Shown here one piece after another: positions 28,091 to 37,308 of a stretch of 56,907 bases of DNA. A model generated the notes under the pieces. That model did no database searches and was not told the DNA's origin. It was given only the letters and a program-made list of their open reading frames with translations. This DNA comes from a virus (Duplodnaviria; Caudoviricetes), in the IMG/VR virus record IMGVR_UViG_3300021373_003004, positions 1 to 56,907 of that record, one strand, 5' to 3'. The stretch's first letter is position 1; each line of letters opens with the position of its first letter. Both the position numbers and the translations under genes were made by a program.

Positions 28091-28675
28091 ATGAGTAACT
28101 TATTTAACAACTTAGAATTAGAAGCATTCAGGGCCGGTATTACGCCTAGAACACGGGAATCACGTGAGTGGTTTCGTCGTCGTGTTTCTAGTATGCGTGG
28201 TATAAATCGTAATGCTCTGATGAGAGAAGAACCGGTCGAACTTGATAATGATAGCGTTGTAGGTAACATGTATATGTTCTTCTACGATCCTAAACTAAAG
28301 AAAGAACTACCATACTATGATAGCTTCCCATTAGTTATTGTAATTGGTCCAGCAGAGGGTGGTTTTCTTGGTTTAAATTTACACTATCTACCACCGTTAC
28401 TTCGCGCTAAGTTTTTAGATGCATTATTAGATTATACAAATAATAAGAGATATGATAAATCGACTAGATTTCGTTTATCATATAACTTGCTCAAAAGAGC
28501 TGCAAAGATGAAGTACTTTAAACCATGTGTCAAACATTATTTAAATGAACATGTAAGAAGTAGATTCGCAAAGGTTCCGGCACCAGAATGGGAAATCGCT
28601 ACATTCCTGCCGACTGCTGACTTCCAGAAATCTAGCAGAAATAAAGTTTATAGCGATTCTAGGAGAATGATCTAA
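28091..28675 (+). CDS. gp2: DNA end protector protein gp2
   Basis: MYMFFYDPKLKKELPYYDSFPL, GLNLHYLPP and FKPCVKHYL motifs. Confidence 0.92.
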   Translation: MSNLFNNLELEAFRAGITPRTRESREWFRRRVSSMRGINRNALMREEPVELDNDSVVGNMYMFFYDPKLKKELPYYDSFPLVIVIGPAEGGFLGLNLHYLPPLLRAKFLDALLDYTNNKRYDKSTRFRLSYNLLKRAAKMKYFKPCVKHYLNEHVRSRFAKVPAPEWEIATFLPTADFQKSSRNKVYSDSRRMI

Positions 28676-29280
28676 TGCTTGGTGTTGATGATTTTAAGAG
28701 TTTAGTATCAAATAAAGGTGGAATAGCCAGAGCAAATTTATTCTCTGTCTCTTTACCTGGACTACCTGGGATCGCTACTAATGAAGAGATGAATCTTTTG
28801 TGCAAAGACGTCTCTTTACCTGGAAGACAGGTAACTACACGTGAGAGAACTATTGGACTTACTACTCGTAAAATGGCTTATGGTTATTTAATTGATGATG
28901 TGTCCATGACATTCCATGTGTTAAATGACTATGGCGTCAAAGAATATTTTGAAACTTGGCAAAATCTAGCTGTTGATCAGAATACATATGAGATTGGCTA
29001 CAAAAAAGACTATTCATTTGATGTAAAAATTAATCAAATAAAGAAAGGCACCGGTCAGGGTGTGACTTCTACAAATCAGCTTTCGTCAGATGAGATAATT
29101 TATTCTTGTGTTCTTGAAGAAGCATTTCCAACGACTATGAATTCTATTCAATTAAATAACGAGCTAGATGGAATTTTAGAGCTAAATGTTCAGTTATCAT
29201 ACACTAACTGGAGATCAGCTGTCACAAGTCAAGAAACAATTAACACAATCAATGGAAGTCTTATATCACTATTTTTATAA
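28675..29280 (+). CDS. Tail tube initiator / gp19-family protein (gp54-like)
   Basis: GGIARANLF, LLCKDVSLPG, YFETWQ and AFPT...LNVQLSY motifs. Confidence 0.75.
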   Translation: MLGVDDFKSLVSNKGGIARANLFSVSLPGLPGIATNEEMNLLCKDVSLPGRQVTTRERTIGLTTRKMAYGYLIDDVSMTFHVLNDYGVKEYFETWQNLAVDQNTYEIGYKKDYSFDVKINQIKKGTGQGVTSTNQLSSDEIIYSCVLEEAFPTTMNSIQLNNELDGILELNVQLSYTNWRSAVTSQETINTINGSLISLFL

Positions 29281-29296
29281 TTAAGGATGAAATGAA

Positions 29297-30007
29297 ATGG
29301 CATTACCTAAGCTAAATGATAAACCAAAGTACGAAGTTGTTATACCTTCTACACAAAAAAATGTTAGATTTAGACCTTATCTCGTAAAAGAAGAGAAAGT
29401 TCTAATGATGGCAATGGAAAGTAAAAACCAAAAGCAAATGTTAGAAGCTGTAGTAGACACTATTACTGCGTGCATTGATGAACCTGTTCAAAAAAATAGT
29501 CTAACTATATTTGACGTTGAATATTTGTTTACTCAAATTAGATCTAAATCAGTAGGTGAAACCGCGACAGTTGGATTAAAGTGTAATAAATGTGAGCACA
29601 CAAATGAGGTGCAAATTAAATTAGATAATATTAAAGTCGATATGAAAAAAACAAATGACGTTATTGATTTAGGCAGTAATGTAAAACTAAAAATGCAATA
29701 TCCAAAATATCATAATGTTATAAACACAGAATCATTACAAGAAGACACATCGACTACAAAACAAACGTTTGATATGATTGTGCAGTGTATTGATAGTGTA
29801 CAAACAGAGGAAGATAATATTAAGATCAGTGATGAACCTTATGAAGATGTCATGGCGTTTATTGAGTCATTGAATACTAAGCAATTTACAAAGATTAGAG
29901 AATTTGTTGAAAATATGCCAAAGTTAAAACATGAAGTCAATTATACATGTGAAAAATGTAACCATAAAAATGATGTTGTGTTGGAAGGTATGAACGATTT
30001 TTTCTAG
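29297..30007 (+). CDS. gp26: Baseplate hub/tail assembly protein gp26
   Basis: MALPKL, FRPYLVKEEK, DVEYLFTQIRSKSVGE and two CxxC pairs; ends DFF-stop. Confidence 0.9.
   Translation: MALPKLNDKPKYEVVIPSTQKNVRFRPYLVKEEKVLMMAMESKNQKQMLEAVVDTITACIDEPVQKNSLTIFDVEYLFTQIRSKSVGETATVGLKCNKCEHTNEVQIKLDNIKVDMKKTNDVIDLGSNVKLKMQYPKYHNVINTESLQEDTSTTKQTFDMIVQCIDSVQTEEDNIKISDEPYEDVMAFIESLNTKQFTKIREFVENMPKLKHEVNYTCEKCNHKNDVVLEGMNDFF
29998..30004 (+). promoter_or_regulatory. Candidate -1 ribosomal frameshift site T TTT TTC
   Basis: X XXY YYZ heptamer correctly phased immediately before the gp26 TAG; the -1 frame is open into the gp51-like ORF. Confidence 0.65.
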
Positions 30008-30195
30008 TAGCTCTATCTCATGATAGCTTAGTGAATTATTATAGAACGAACTTTCAGTTAATGCAACACCATCACTATTCGTTACATGAGATAGAGCAAA
30101 TGATACCTTGGGAAAGGGAAATCTATATTGTTATGTTGATGGAATATATTAAAGAAGAAAACCAAAAAGCAGAACAGCAAAGGCTTGCAAGATGA
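30004..30195 (+). CDS. gp51: gp51-like baseplate hub assembly peptide, probably made as a gp26-gp51 frameshift fusion
   Basis: Not in the ORF track. The -1 frame reads LVALSHDSLVNYYRTNFQLMQHHHYSLHEIEQMIPWEREIYIVML...; its TGA overlaps the next ATG. Confidence 0.8.
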   Translation, partial: LVALSHDSLVNYYRTNFQLMQHHHYSLHEIEQMIPWEREIYIVMLMEYIKEENQKAEQQRLAR

Positions 30196-31826
30196 CTACA
30201 TTAACTGAAGTTACTGAACAGTTAGAAGAGAATAAAGAAGCTACAGAAGATACAACTGATGCTGTCAGTCGACTAAGTAATTCTATAGACAAATTTATTC
30301 TCAATATCGATAGATCCCAATTCGACAAGCTGGAGGGTATCAGCGAAAGTAGTGGTGGACTGCAGTCAACTACACAATCAGGGGCAGGTACTAGTGCTGA
30401 TGAGAAGACTGGTGGAGGCATATTTGGAGGCTTGTTGAAGGCATTAGGGATAACTGGTATCTTTCAGGGGATAACAAGAGCTTTAGCGCCAATACTAGCT
30501 CCTATAGCAGCATTATATACTTTATTAAAGGGACCAAAGTTACTAAAGACACTTGGTATTTTTGGCTTAATGTATGAAATATTTAAAGATATAGGTGAGA
30601 ACGAAGCATTACAAAATACATTACAAAAGATCACTGATCTATGGAATAACAGCATGTTGCCCTCGTTAAGGGCAATAGGTGATAGCGTTTTAAATTTTGT
30701 TAATTCAATTGATGCTACTACAGAATTTAAAAGCCTTTCAGAGTGGTGGCAGAATATTAGAACTACACTACAAGATTTTGTAGCTTTTACTTTAGAGGAT
30801 ATAGCTATAGCTATTGATGGTGTTTTGACGGGTATAAAAACTACACTAGATGGTGATTGGAAAAATGGTATAGCAAAAATAATCAATAGTGTGTTGATTG
30901 GAATTCAAGATATAGCGGATAATGCTATTACAGCCGTTCTCAACTTATTTGGTGTAGATTTTGGAGAGGATGGTACGTTTTTAGGTTATTTAGACAGAAA
31001 GTGGGCTGAACTAAAAACTTCTATTCAAACAAAATGGGATGCAGGGGTAACTGCTATAACAAATGGTTGGAATGCCACTATTGACGCTGTCACTAATACA
31101 TGGACAAGTGTTACAACAGCCATAACAAATGGTTGGCAATCTATTGTAGATTTTTTTACTATCTCAATACCAGCTAAATTTAAAGGCATTAAATTACAAA
31201 TTATAGCTATAGCCGAAGGGATTGTTACATCTGTAGTTGATGCAGCTACTAGTATGATTGAAGTTATTACAGTAGATATACCCAATAAAATAGGTGAAGC
31301 AAAAGATGCCATCATAGAAAAGGCAGCTGGCTTATATGATGCTGTGTTAACAAAAGTTAATTCTCTCATTGCATCTATTGTTGATTTAATACCATCTGGT
31401 GCAGATATAAAAAATGGTATAATTAATGCTATTAAAGCATTACCTGGTGGCGAAGCTTTACTAGATATGATAGGTCTTAGCTATGAGCCCGCACCTAAAA
31501 AAATGAATACGGACGCCGATTTCTTTGAACAAGAAATAAAAACAAATAAGGGTATGTCAATAAACCCCAGGGGTTATACGGGAGCTCAATCATTTGGTAC
31601 GGCTTACACTTCCAATCCTGGACAAAGGTTTAGTGAATTAATGTCATTTAGACAACCAGCTGGAACTAGTTCTGCGCCAGTTATTGTACAAGATAACAGT
31701 GTAAAACAAGGTGGTAGTAGTACTCAAGTTATTAACCAGATGTCGCAACCTGTGAGCTCTATGGATCTTTCTGCTATGATGAGAAATCAGGGTGTTAGAT
31801 TTGGTCATGGACCATATGGTTATTAA
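30192..31826 (+). CDS. Tape measure-like protein
   Basis: Helical composition; Trp every 11 residues (KWDAGVTAITNGWNATIDAVTNTWTSVTTAITNGW); follows gp26/gp51. Confidence 0.7.
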   Translation: MTTLTEVTEQLEENKEATEDTTDAVSRLSNSIDKFILNIDRSQFDKLEGISESSGGLQSTTQSGAGTSADEKTGGGIFGGLLKALGITGIFQGITRALAPILAPIAALYTLLKGPKLLKTLGIFGLMYEIFKDIGENEALQNTLQKITDLWNNSMLPSLRAIGDSVLNFVNSIDATTEFKSLSEWWQNIRTTLQDFVAFTLEDIAIAIDGVLTGIKTTLDGDWKNGIAKIINSVLIGIQDIADNAITAVLNLFGVDFGEDGTFLGYLDRKWAELKTSIQTKWDAGVTAITNGWNATIDAVTNTWTSVTTAITNGWQSIVDFFTISIPAKFKGIKLQIIAIAEGIVTSVVDAATSMIEVITVDIPNKIGEAKDAIIEKAAGLYDAVLTKVNSLIASIVDLIPSGADIKNGIINAIKALPGGEALLDMIGLSYEPAPKKMNTDADFFEQEIKTNKGMSINPRGYTGAQSFGTAYTSNPGQRFSELMSFRQPAGTSSAPVIVQDNSVKQGGSSTQVINQMSQPVSSMDLSAMMRNQGVRFGHGPYGY

Positions 31827-31829
31827 ATC

Positions 31830-31860
31830 AAAAGGGAGGCCTTCCTAGGTGCCTCCCTTT
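31830..31860. terminator. Intrinsic terminator between convergent operons, probably bidirectional
   Basis: Perfect 10-bp stem AAAGGGAGGC/GCCTCCCTTT with T-tracts in both directions. Confidence 0.85.
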
Positions 31861-31948
31861 CTATCTCCCAGTACATCGGAAGACCATGCATCATTGCGAG
31901 CTGATGGTCACTCACCATTCCAAGAGCTGCAGACTCTTAGGTGGATTT

Positions 31949-32875
31949 TCAGTCTTCCGCTGCAAGCTTAGCGAAATAACTCATCGTATCATCCTCATCA
32001 TCCATAGACGATTCGGCTGTTGTCATAGTAGGTGCAGGAGCTGCAGTCGCAGTTGGAGCGGGAGATGATGGAAAGTCTGGAATCTCATCATCTAATTCCT
32101 CTACTACCTTACGAGCTGTTGCTGAACCTGACTCACCTAGAACTACTGCAAGACGAGCTTTCAACTCATCGTATGTCTTATAGCTCTTAGGATCTGTCCA
32201 CTCTGACATATCATGCTGTTGGTTATACACCTTTTCCTTAGCTTCATCATCACCAGCAAATAGTTCTGATTGACCTTTGAATGATGATGCATCATAGTTA
32301 GGATAGCCTTCAACCTTACGAATCTTCAACGTAAAGTCTGCACCTTCCCACATGTCAAATGGATTGACTGGTGCCTCATCAGGAAATTGTGGTTGCATAG
32401 AATCCATGATCTTGTCAAAGATCTTTTTACCAAAGCGATATAGCTTTACCTGACCTTCATTCTCAGGATTCGATGGATCAGAGATAATAAGCACATTGGC
32501 TACATAACGTAGATTACGCTTGCGTTCACGTACTGTACGCTTTGCCTCATCACTACCATCTTCATTCCAAAGACGACTATTTGACTCTGCTAATGGATCC
32601 TGTTGACCGATAGATGTCAATGATTTTTCTACATACCATTGACCTGTTGGTCCTTTAAAGAAGTGATCCCAATACCGAACCCAAGGTGTTGGTGCTTCTG
32701 CGTCTCCTGGTAGGAAACGAATTACAGCGTAACCGTTACCAGCTTTGTCGCGAGTAGGAACCCAAAAGCGAGTATCCTCTGATTGACGTTGGGTATTCTC
32801 ACCAGTACCTGCTTGTGCTTGTTGTACCAATGATTGTAGATCTGTACGATTACGTTTTAGTGCTGCAAAACTCAT
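31949..32875 (-). CDS. gp32: Single-stranded DNA-binding protein gp32
   Basis: DKAGNGYAVIRFLP, PENEGQVKLYRFGKKIFDKI, NPFDMWEGADF and acidic tail ending YFAKLAAED. Confidence 0.97.
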   Translation of the reverse strand: MSFAALKRNRTDLQSLVQQAQAGTGENTQRQSEDTRFWVPTRDKAGNGYAVIRFLPGDAEAPTPWVRYWDHFFKGPTGQWYVEKSLTSIGQQDPLAESNSRLWNEDGSDEAKRTVRERKRNLRYVANVLIISDPSNPENEGQVKLYRFGKKIFDKIMDSMQPQFPDEAPVNPFDMWEGADFTLKIRKVEGYPNYDASSFKGQSELFAGDDEAKEKVYNQQHDMSEWTDPKSYKTYDELKARLAVVLGESGSATARKVVEELDDEIPDFPSSPAPTATAAPAPTMTTAESSMDDEDDTMSYFAKLAAED

Positions 32876-32923
32876 TTTATGTTCTCCGTATGTTTAATGT
32901 GTTCTAATTGTCCACTGTATGCA

Positions 32924-33502
32924 TTATATTAAATTTTTCCGAGAATGTACATCGTGTTTTAGATAAATCCATGCGACTAAAACCTCACGTGTACCTCTCT
33001 TTACAGGATTGACTTGATGCCAACATTGACCAGCATCAAACATTATAGTCTCACCAACCTGTAATTTTGTATTTATAGCTTTCTCACCATCAAAAACTAT
33101 AAGTTCACCACCTTCAAAGTCATCAGATTGACTGATTAAAGTTGAAGTAGATATCAATCTAGGTGGTCCTCCATCTCTTCTTGGAACCTGATCTCGGTGT
33201 TTCTTAAAAAAGTCACCTTCATTGTATATTAAATAATTAAATTCATCTACACTATAACGTTCTTTTATAAATTTAGGCCTGAACATAGGTATTAATTCTA
33301 ATAAAGACTTACATATTTCAGGATATAAAGCTGGTTTTATGTACTTTTTTACTTTAGTAGATCTATAACTTTTGTCTACTTCAGGATTAGGACTATCTTT
33401 ACTAGATACTAAAGCTTCTACCAACTCACCGTCATTATCCTCTTTCATGTCTAAAAGAGAATTATAATTTACGATTTTTTGTTTAATAAATAAGTTTGAC
33501 AT
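32924..33502 (-). CDS. 2OG-Fe(II) oxygenase (prolyl-hydroxylase-like)
   Basis: Y..GDFFKKHRD, FEGGEL and HQVNPVKRGTR motifs (HxD...H...R). Confidence 0.88.
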   Translation of the reverse strand: MSNLFIKQKIVNYNSLLDMKEDNDGELVEALVSSKDSPNPEVDKSYRSTKVKKYIKPALYPEICKSLLELIPMFRPKFIKERYSVDEFNYLIYNEGDFFKKHRDQVPRRDGGPPRLISTSTLISQSDDFEGGELIVFDGEKAINTKLQVGETIMFDAGQCWHQVNPVKRGTREVLVAWIYLKHDVHSRKNLI

Positions 33503-33732
33503 TAATCAAAAGGTAACGTATTTTGACGAGGCAAAAAATTTAGGCTCATAGCTTCTGCCTCTAGTTTATCTTTAATAATAGGAGCCACATATTTTTTCAC
33601 ATCTTCTAGATCTAAATCTACGTCTTGACAAACATGAATGATTGCATCCATGTAGCTTGACTTATGCTCTTTTACGACGCTTTCTACTAGTTTTGTGAAC
33701 CTTGCTTTTGTTAGGAACTGCTCTTCCTGCAT
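33502..33732 (-). CDS. gp33: Late transcription coactivator gp33
   Basis: SYMDAIIHVC and IKDKLEAEAMSLNFL motifs; probable start MQEEQF at 33732. Confidence 0.88.
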   Translation of the reverse strand: MQEEQFLTKARFTKLVESVVKEHKSSYMDAIIHVCQDVDLDLEDVKKYVAPIIKDKLEAEAMSLNFLPRQNTLPFD

Positions 33733-34198
33733 AGTACTCACTGTCCATTTCTTGTGTCCATTCTTGTCCAATGTCTGGGTAGAATACACCGACGGTTCTT
33801 TTAACCATTCCATCTTTGTCATAAGCTAGTGCTACACTCCTATATCTAATTAGCTTTTCACGGTCTGCACCAAAGCGTGAGTCTTGATAGACACCACTTC
33901 TTAAATAGTTCTGAAGATTGTTAAGGTATGTCTCCTCAACAAAATATGCTCCACGCTCTTTACGATCAGCAGAATTCTTCATAGACTTCATTGACCGCAA
34001 CTTGAGCTGTTGCTCTCTAATCCATGCCTTTACCTTCTTAGGTGCTAATGCATGATCATCTGGCAAGTCACGAATAGACTCATGAACTGACAGATTCTTT
34101 GATGGACCACGGGCTGCACGTGCCTTAGCTAGTCTTTCGGCTGCTGCAGCACGTTGCTCTTCAGTCATTTTACGCTTACGCTTGATTGGTTTCACCAT
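33662..34198 (-). CDS. Conserved basic hypothetical protein
   Basis: AAAAERLAKARAAR; AGGAG RBS and early promoter upstream. Confidence 0.75.
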   Translation of the reverse strand: MVKPIKRKRKMTEEQRAAAAERLAKARAARGPSKNLSVHESIRDLPDDHALAPKKVKAWIREQQLKLRSMKSMKNSADRKERGAYFVEETYLNNLQNYLRSGVYQDSRFGADREKLIRYRSVALAYDKDGMVKRTVGVFYPDIGQEWTQEMDSEYYAGRAVPNKSKVHKTSRKRRKRA

Positions 34199-34219
34199 AA
34201 CTTTTCTCCTTCATAATGT

Positions 34220-34249
34220 ATTCTATCACAGTTTAAAAGAAAAGTACAC
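34220..34249 (-). promoter_or_regulatory. Early promoter (TGTACT-N17-TAGAAT)
   Basis: Copy of the repeated intergenic motif. Confidence 0.7.
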
Positions 34250-34251
34250 AG

Positions 34252-34452
34252 TTATTTTTCGTCTAGTTCAAGAATTTCCCATTCACCATCGACTTTTTTG
34301 GCATTAATCATATTATTGTCAATAAGCCATAATAGTGTGTGCTCAATAACTTCTTCTTTTTTGTTATTGCTATAACTTAGCCCTATCATGAAAGCTGCAA
34401 AGGATGCAGCTGCCAAGAGTAACCAACTAATTATAATGGGATCTATGAACAT
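34252..34452 (-). CDS. Small membrane protein
   Basis: N-terminal hydrophobic helix; GGAG RBS; TATAAATA at 34477-34484. Confidence 0.65.
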   Translation of the reverse strand: MFIDPIIISWLLLAAASFAAFMIGLSYSNNKKEEVIEHTLLWLIDNNMINAKKVDGEWEILELDEK

Positions 34453-34484
34453 ACGTATCTCCTCTATTGGTAATTCTATTTATA

Positions 34485-34730
34485 CTAGCTAAAAGAGACT
34501 ACACTGTCTACACGAAACGCTCTCCACTCACCTTTATTAACATCAATAACACGAATGGCTGTGTCTGAATAACCATTCAACTCTTTATTAGTATTGTTAT
34601 CAGTAGTTGATGCAGGAATTGCATCCTCACGAAGAGTACAAATCATATCGCGCTCTTCACCATTTGCCTTCTTAAAAATTACACGACAGTCACGTTTACG
34701 CAACTCAGCAATCATTTCATCACGATTCAT
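34485..34730 (-). CDS. SH3/Sm-like beta-barrel protein (WYL_2/DUF2693-like)
   Basis: VIFKKANGEERDMICTL...VIDVNKGEWRAFRVDSV; GGAGG RBS before ATG 34730. Confidence 0.75.
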   Translation of the reverse strand: MNRDEMIAELRKRDCRVIFKKANGEERDMICTLREDAIPASTTDNNTNKELNGYSDTAIRVIDVNKGEWRAFRVDSVVSFS

Positions 34731-34795
34731 TAGTAGTTCCTCCGTATCATAAAATATTCCAGTCATTACAGCTGGTCTCCTCACATGTGGTATGC

Positions 34796-34990
34796 TCATC
34801 CTTGTACCATCAGACGTTCACATAAGTTGTCAACAATTGCCTTAAGGCGTTCGATTTCATGATTAAGCTTGCCGATTTTTTCGTTTTGCTCATGAATTTT
34901 CATTTCTAATTGACTAGTCCCAGTCATTATCAAACCTCGTTGTTTCACGATACACCTCACCATAATATTTTTCAGCGTACTTAGGTGCAT
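34796..34990 (-). CDS. Small coiled-coil hypothetical protein (true start probably internal)
   Basis: ORF track; heptad pattern; packed in the operon. Confidence 0.4.
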   Translation of the reverse strand: MHLSTLKNIMVRCIVKQRGLIMTGTSQLEMKIHEQNEKIGKLNHEIERLKAIVDNLCERLMVQG

Positions 34991-35123
34991 CTGTATAATA
35001 GAAGTCTTCCTTACGAAGTGGTGATAGCTCTGTACGACGAGCCTTACGCTGTTTAGTTTGCTTCTTCATGAAGTCATTGTGTTGTTTTTTTAATTCAGCT
35101 ACGAACGAATTCATACCAGTCAT
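34914..35123 (-). CDS. Hypothetical protein
   Basis: ORF with AAGGAG upstream; YTDAPKYAEKYYGE...DNDWD. Confidence 0.6.
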   Translation of the reverse strand: MTGMNSFVAELKKQHNDFMKKQTKQRKARRTELSPLRKEDFYYTDAPKYAEKYYGEVYRETTRFDNDWD

Positions 35124-35286
35124 TCTCCTTCAAGAGTTGTTCAAAGTTTTTCTTATCTTGTGGTGTCATATCAATCTCAGTACGCTTGGCACCATTATTG
35201 TATTCACGCAACACAAAACCACCATTAAAGCGGTTGACGATTTGATAGTACTTGTCGTCTCCCCATTTTTCATTTTTGTAAATCAT
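35095..35286 (-). CDS. Hypothetical early protein (probably leaderless)
   Basis: ATG 6 nt after the -10 box. Confidence 0.6.
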   Translation of the reverse strand: MIYKNEKWGDDKYYQIVNRFNGGFVLREYNNGAKRTEIDMTPQDKKNFEQLLKENDWYEFVRS

Positions 35287-35292
35287 AAAAGC

Positions 35293-35322
35293 ATCCTACA
35301 CTATTTGAAAAGGAATGTACAC
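35293..35322 (-). promoter_or_regulatory. Early promoter (TGTACA-N17-TAGGAT)
   Basis: Copy of the repeated intergenic motif. Confidence 0.72.
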
Positions 35323-35324
35323 AG

Positions 35325-35921
35325 TTAATTTTGCATAATTGTACAAATTTCATAAATTTCTTTCCAACCTTTCACGACCGGAATGTCAGGATGTGCAAAG
35401 TCCATATTGTGACCATGCTCTATAACAATAGACTCAAGACCTAAGTTCCAACCAACGACAGCATTCTCAGGCTTATCTTCAATCCACATAAGACCAGAGT
35501 CAGCATAAGGTGCAAGAGCTTCGTCTTTATCAGCACCAGTATCAATGCAAAGAACTCGAGTAAATGCAGTCTCACCAAAAAGTTTTTTTAAATTCTCTTC
35601 ACGCAATTTAGCTGCATGAGGATCTAGTGACAAAGATGTAATAGCATGGAATGTGTATCCAAGCTTACGATGTAATAGATCTACATAATACATTGCATCA
35701 CGCAAAGGTGGTAAGAAACCAATAGCAGCTGATTCGTTAAATGTACGAACAAGACGTTTGCCTTCTTCTTTTGTTACACCATAACGATAACGGATATCAT
35801 AGTCTGTGGTATCAGGATTAAACTCATAACCACGCATTTCCATCCAGACTTTGAAAGCGTATTCCCAATTGAGAAGTACACCATCAACGTCAGTTAAGAT
35901 TACTTTATTTAAATTATTCAT
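35325..35921 (-). CDS. HAD-superfamily phosphatase (5'-nucleotidase-like)
   Basis: ILTDVDGVL (motif I), ITS, K and WIEDKPEN (motif IV). Confidence 0.85.
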   Translation of the reverse strand: MNNLNKVILTDVDGVLLNWEYAFKVWMEMRGYEFNPDTTDYDIRYRYGVTKEEGKRLVRTFNESAAIGFLPPLRDAMYYVDLLHRKLGYTFHAITSLSLDPHAAKLREENLKKLFGETAFTRVLCIDTGADKDEALAPYADSGLMWIEDKPENAVVGWNLGLESIVIEHGHNMDFAHPDIPVVKGWKEIYEICTIMQN

Positions 35922-36154
35922 AATTCCTCCTTCATAACTAAATCATACGTCCCCTCTGGTAGCTTCCACGCCTTCATAATTTTAAGATACATTTCAGGTT
36001 TCATTGTAATTACATCGAATCTGTTTAACTTTTCATTATATTGACGAATATGGACATAGTCGTCGTAAATTAATACGCCAACATCCTCACACTCACCAGT
36101 ATTGTCCATAATAGTGATGAGTGTTTCGTCCATATCAAATTCAATTGTAATCAT
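35918..36154 (-). CDS. Hypothetical protein
   Basis: Coupled ORF (TAATG overlap), MITIEFD... Confidence 0.6.
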   Translation of the reverse strand: MITIEFDMDETLITIMDNTGECEDVGVLIYDDYVHIRQYNEKLNRFDVITMKPEMYLKIMKAWKLPEGTYDLVMKEEL

Positions 36155-36381
36155 TACCACTCTTTCTTGTATCCACTCTCTTCATTCTCTTCATAACCAG
36201 CATAGTAGGCTTCAATCTCATCAGCGGTCATGCCTTCGCGACCTATACGCTGAGAAGTCCCAGTTCCCCCAAGGAAATAATGAGGGTTAATGCCACGGCC
36301 GTAGTAGCTATCAGCGCCTCCCCGATCGAAAGGCCCGCCGTGACGTCTATTATAAACTTTATCATTTGTAACAACCCCCAT
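36154..36381 (-). CDS. Conserved phage hypothetical protein
   Basis: RHGGPFDRGGADSYYGR...EIEAYYAGY motif. Confidence 0.7.
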   Translation of the reverse strand: MGVVTNDKVYNRRHGGPFDRGGADSYYGRGINPHYFLGGTGTSQRIGREGMTADEIEAYYAGYEENEESGYKKEW

Positions 36382-36692
36382 TACACTACCTCCTTGAAGC
36401 CAACCATGCTGACTTCATACATTTTTCCATCTACTTCCATACGGTCAAACATTGATGTAGAGCGAAGACCCAGACCGTCTGCCCGATGATCTAACACTGT
36501 CACATCATCATTAGCATCCTCACCGATCTTGTTTGACCAGCTACCAACAACGTTGTTTGTCCAACGGAAAGCATACTCCAACCAATCAGTTGTGTTATGT
36601 CCATCTGGTACATTGACCTCAGCAACTGGCTTATAAGCACGAATGTCGCCTGAGATTTCGTTGCGGATTGCGTGTAGATCAGTGATTTTCAT
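36381..36692 (-). CDS. Hypothetical protein, YodL-like motif
   Basis: LEYAFRWTN...RSTSMFD...YEVSMVGF; AGGAG RBS. Confidence 0.55.
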   Translation of the reverse strand: MKITDLHAIRNEISGDIRAYKPVAEVNVPDGHNTTDWLEYAFRWTNNVVGSWSNKIGEDANDDVTVLDHRADGLGLRSTSMFDRMEVDGKMYEVSMVGFKEVV

Positions 36693-36717
36693 ATTCATAT
36701 CTCCTTCTGATATAACC

Positions 36718-36747
36718 AATCTACACTATTTGAAAGGCAATGTACAC
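36718..36747 (-). promoter_or_regulatory. Early promoter (TGTACA-N17-TAGATT)
   Basis: Copy of the repeated intergenic motif. Confidence 0.72.
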
Positions 36748-36785
36748 AGTTAATTGCGGTTCAAGCGCATTTTTGTTTCGTTTAA

Positions 36786-36805
36786 AATCAATAACTTAAT
36801 AAATA
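36786..36805 (+). promoter_or_regulatory. IHF-like site abutting a late promoter (AATAAATA)
   Basis: AATCAATAACTTA matches WATCAANNNNTTR; AATAAATA at 36798-36805 precedes ATG 36826. Confidence 0.5.
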
Positions 36806-36825
36806 GTGCTGAAGGGAAGATAAGC

Positions 36826-37308
36826 ATGATAGATCCAATTAGCGCTATTGGTATGGCTACTGCTGCCTATAATGGTATCAAGAACGCCGTAAGTACCGGT
36901 AAAGAACTACATGATATGGCTGGTACACTTCAGAAGTGGGCTACATCTATGTCTGATTTAGATTTCGCTCATAAACAAGCACAAAATCCACCAATGTTTA
37001 AAAGACTATTTGGTGCTAGTGATGTAGAACAAAATGCGTTAGAGGTATGGGGACATAAACAAAAAGCAAAGGAGATGCGCGAGGAAATGCGCAAGCATAT
37101 TAGCTTTTACTACGGTCCATCAGCGTGGGATGAGATAGTGGCTATTGAAGCTAAAATGCGGAAAGAGCGAAGAGAAGCTGTATATGCTGCTGAGGAGAGA
37201 AAACAATTGATACTAGAATGGATTGCCGGCATTGCTTTAGCTGGTGTTGCAGCTATTGTTATTGGATTTCTAATCTGGTATATTGGCGGTACACAAGGAA
37301 AATGGTAA
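36826..37308 (+). CDS. Conserved phage membrane protein (late; possibly lysis-related)
   Basis: MIDPISAIGMATAAY...; C-terminal transmembrane helix; late promoter upstream. Confidence 0.7.
   Translation: MIDPISAIGMATAAYNGIKNAVSTGKELHDMAGTLQKWATSMSDLDFAHKQAQNPPMFKRLFGASDVEQNALEVWGHKQKAKEMREEMRKHISFYYGPSAWDEIVAIEAKMRKERREAVYAAEERKQLILEWIAGIALAGVAAIVIGFLIWYIGGTQGKW

Noticed and set aside
31886-31948. Hammerhead ribozyme suggested by CTGATG
   Set aside because: The core CUGAnGA...GAAA is not complete on either strand.
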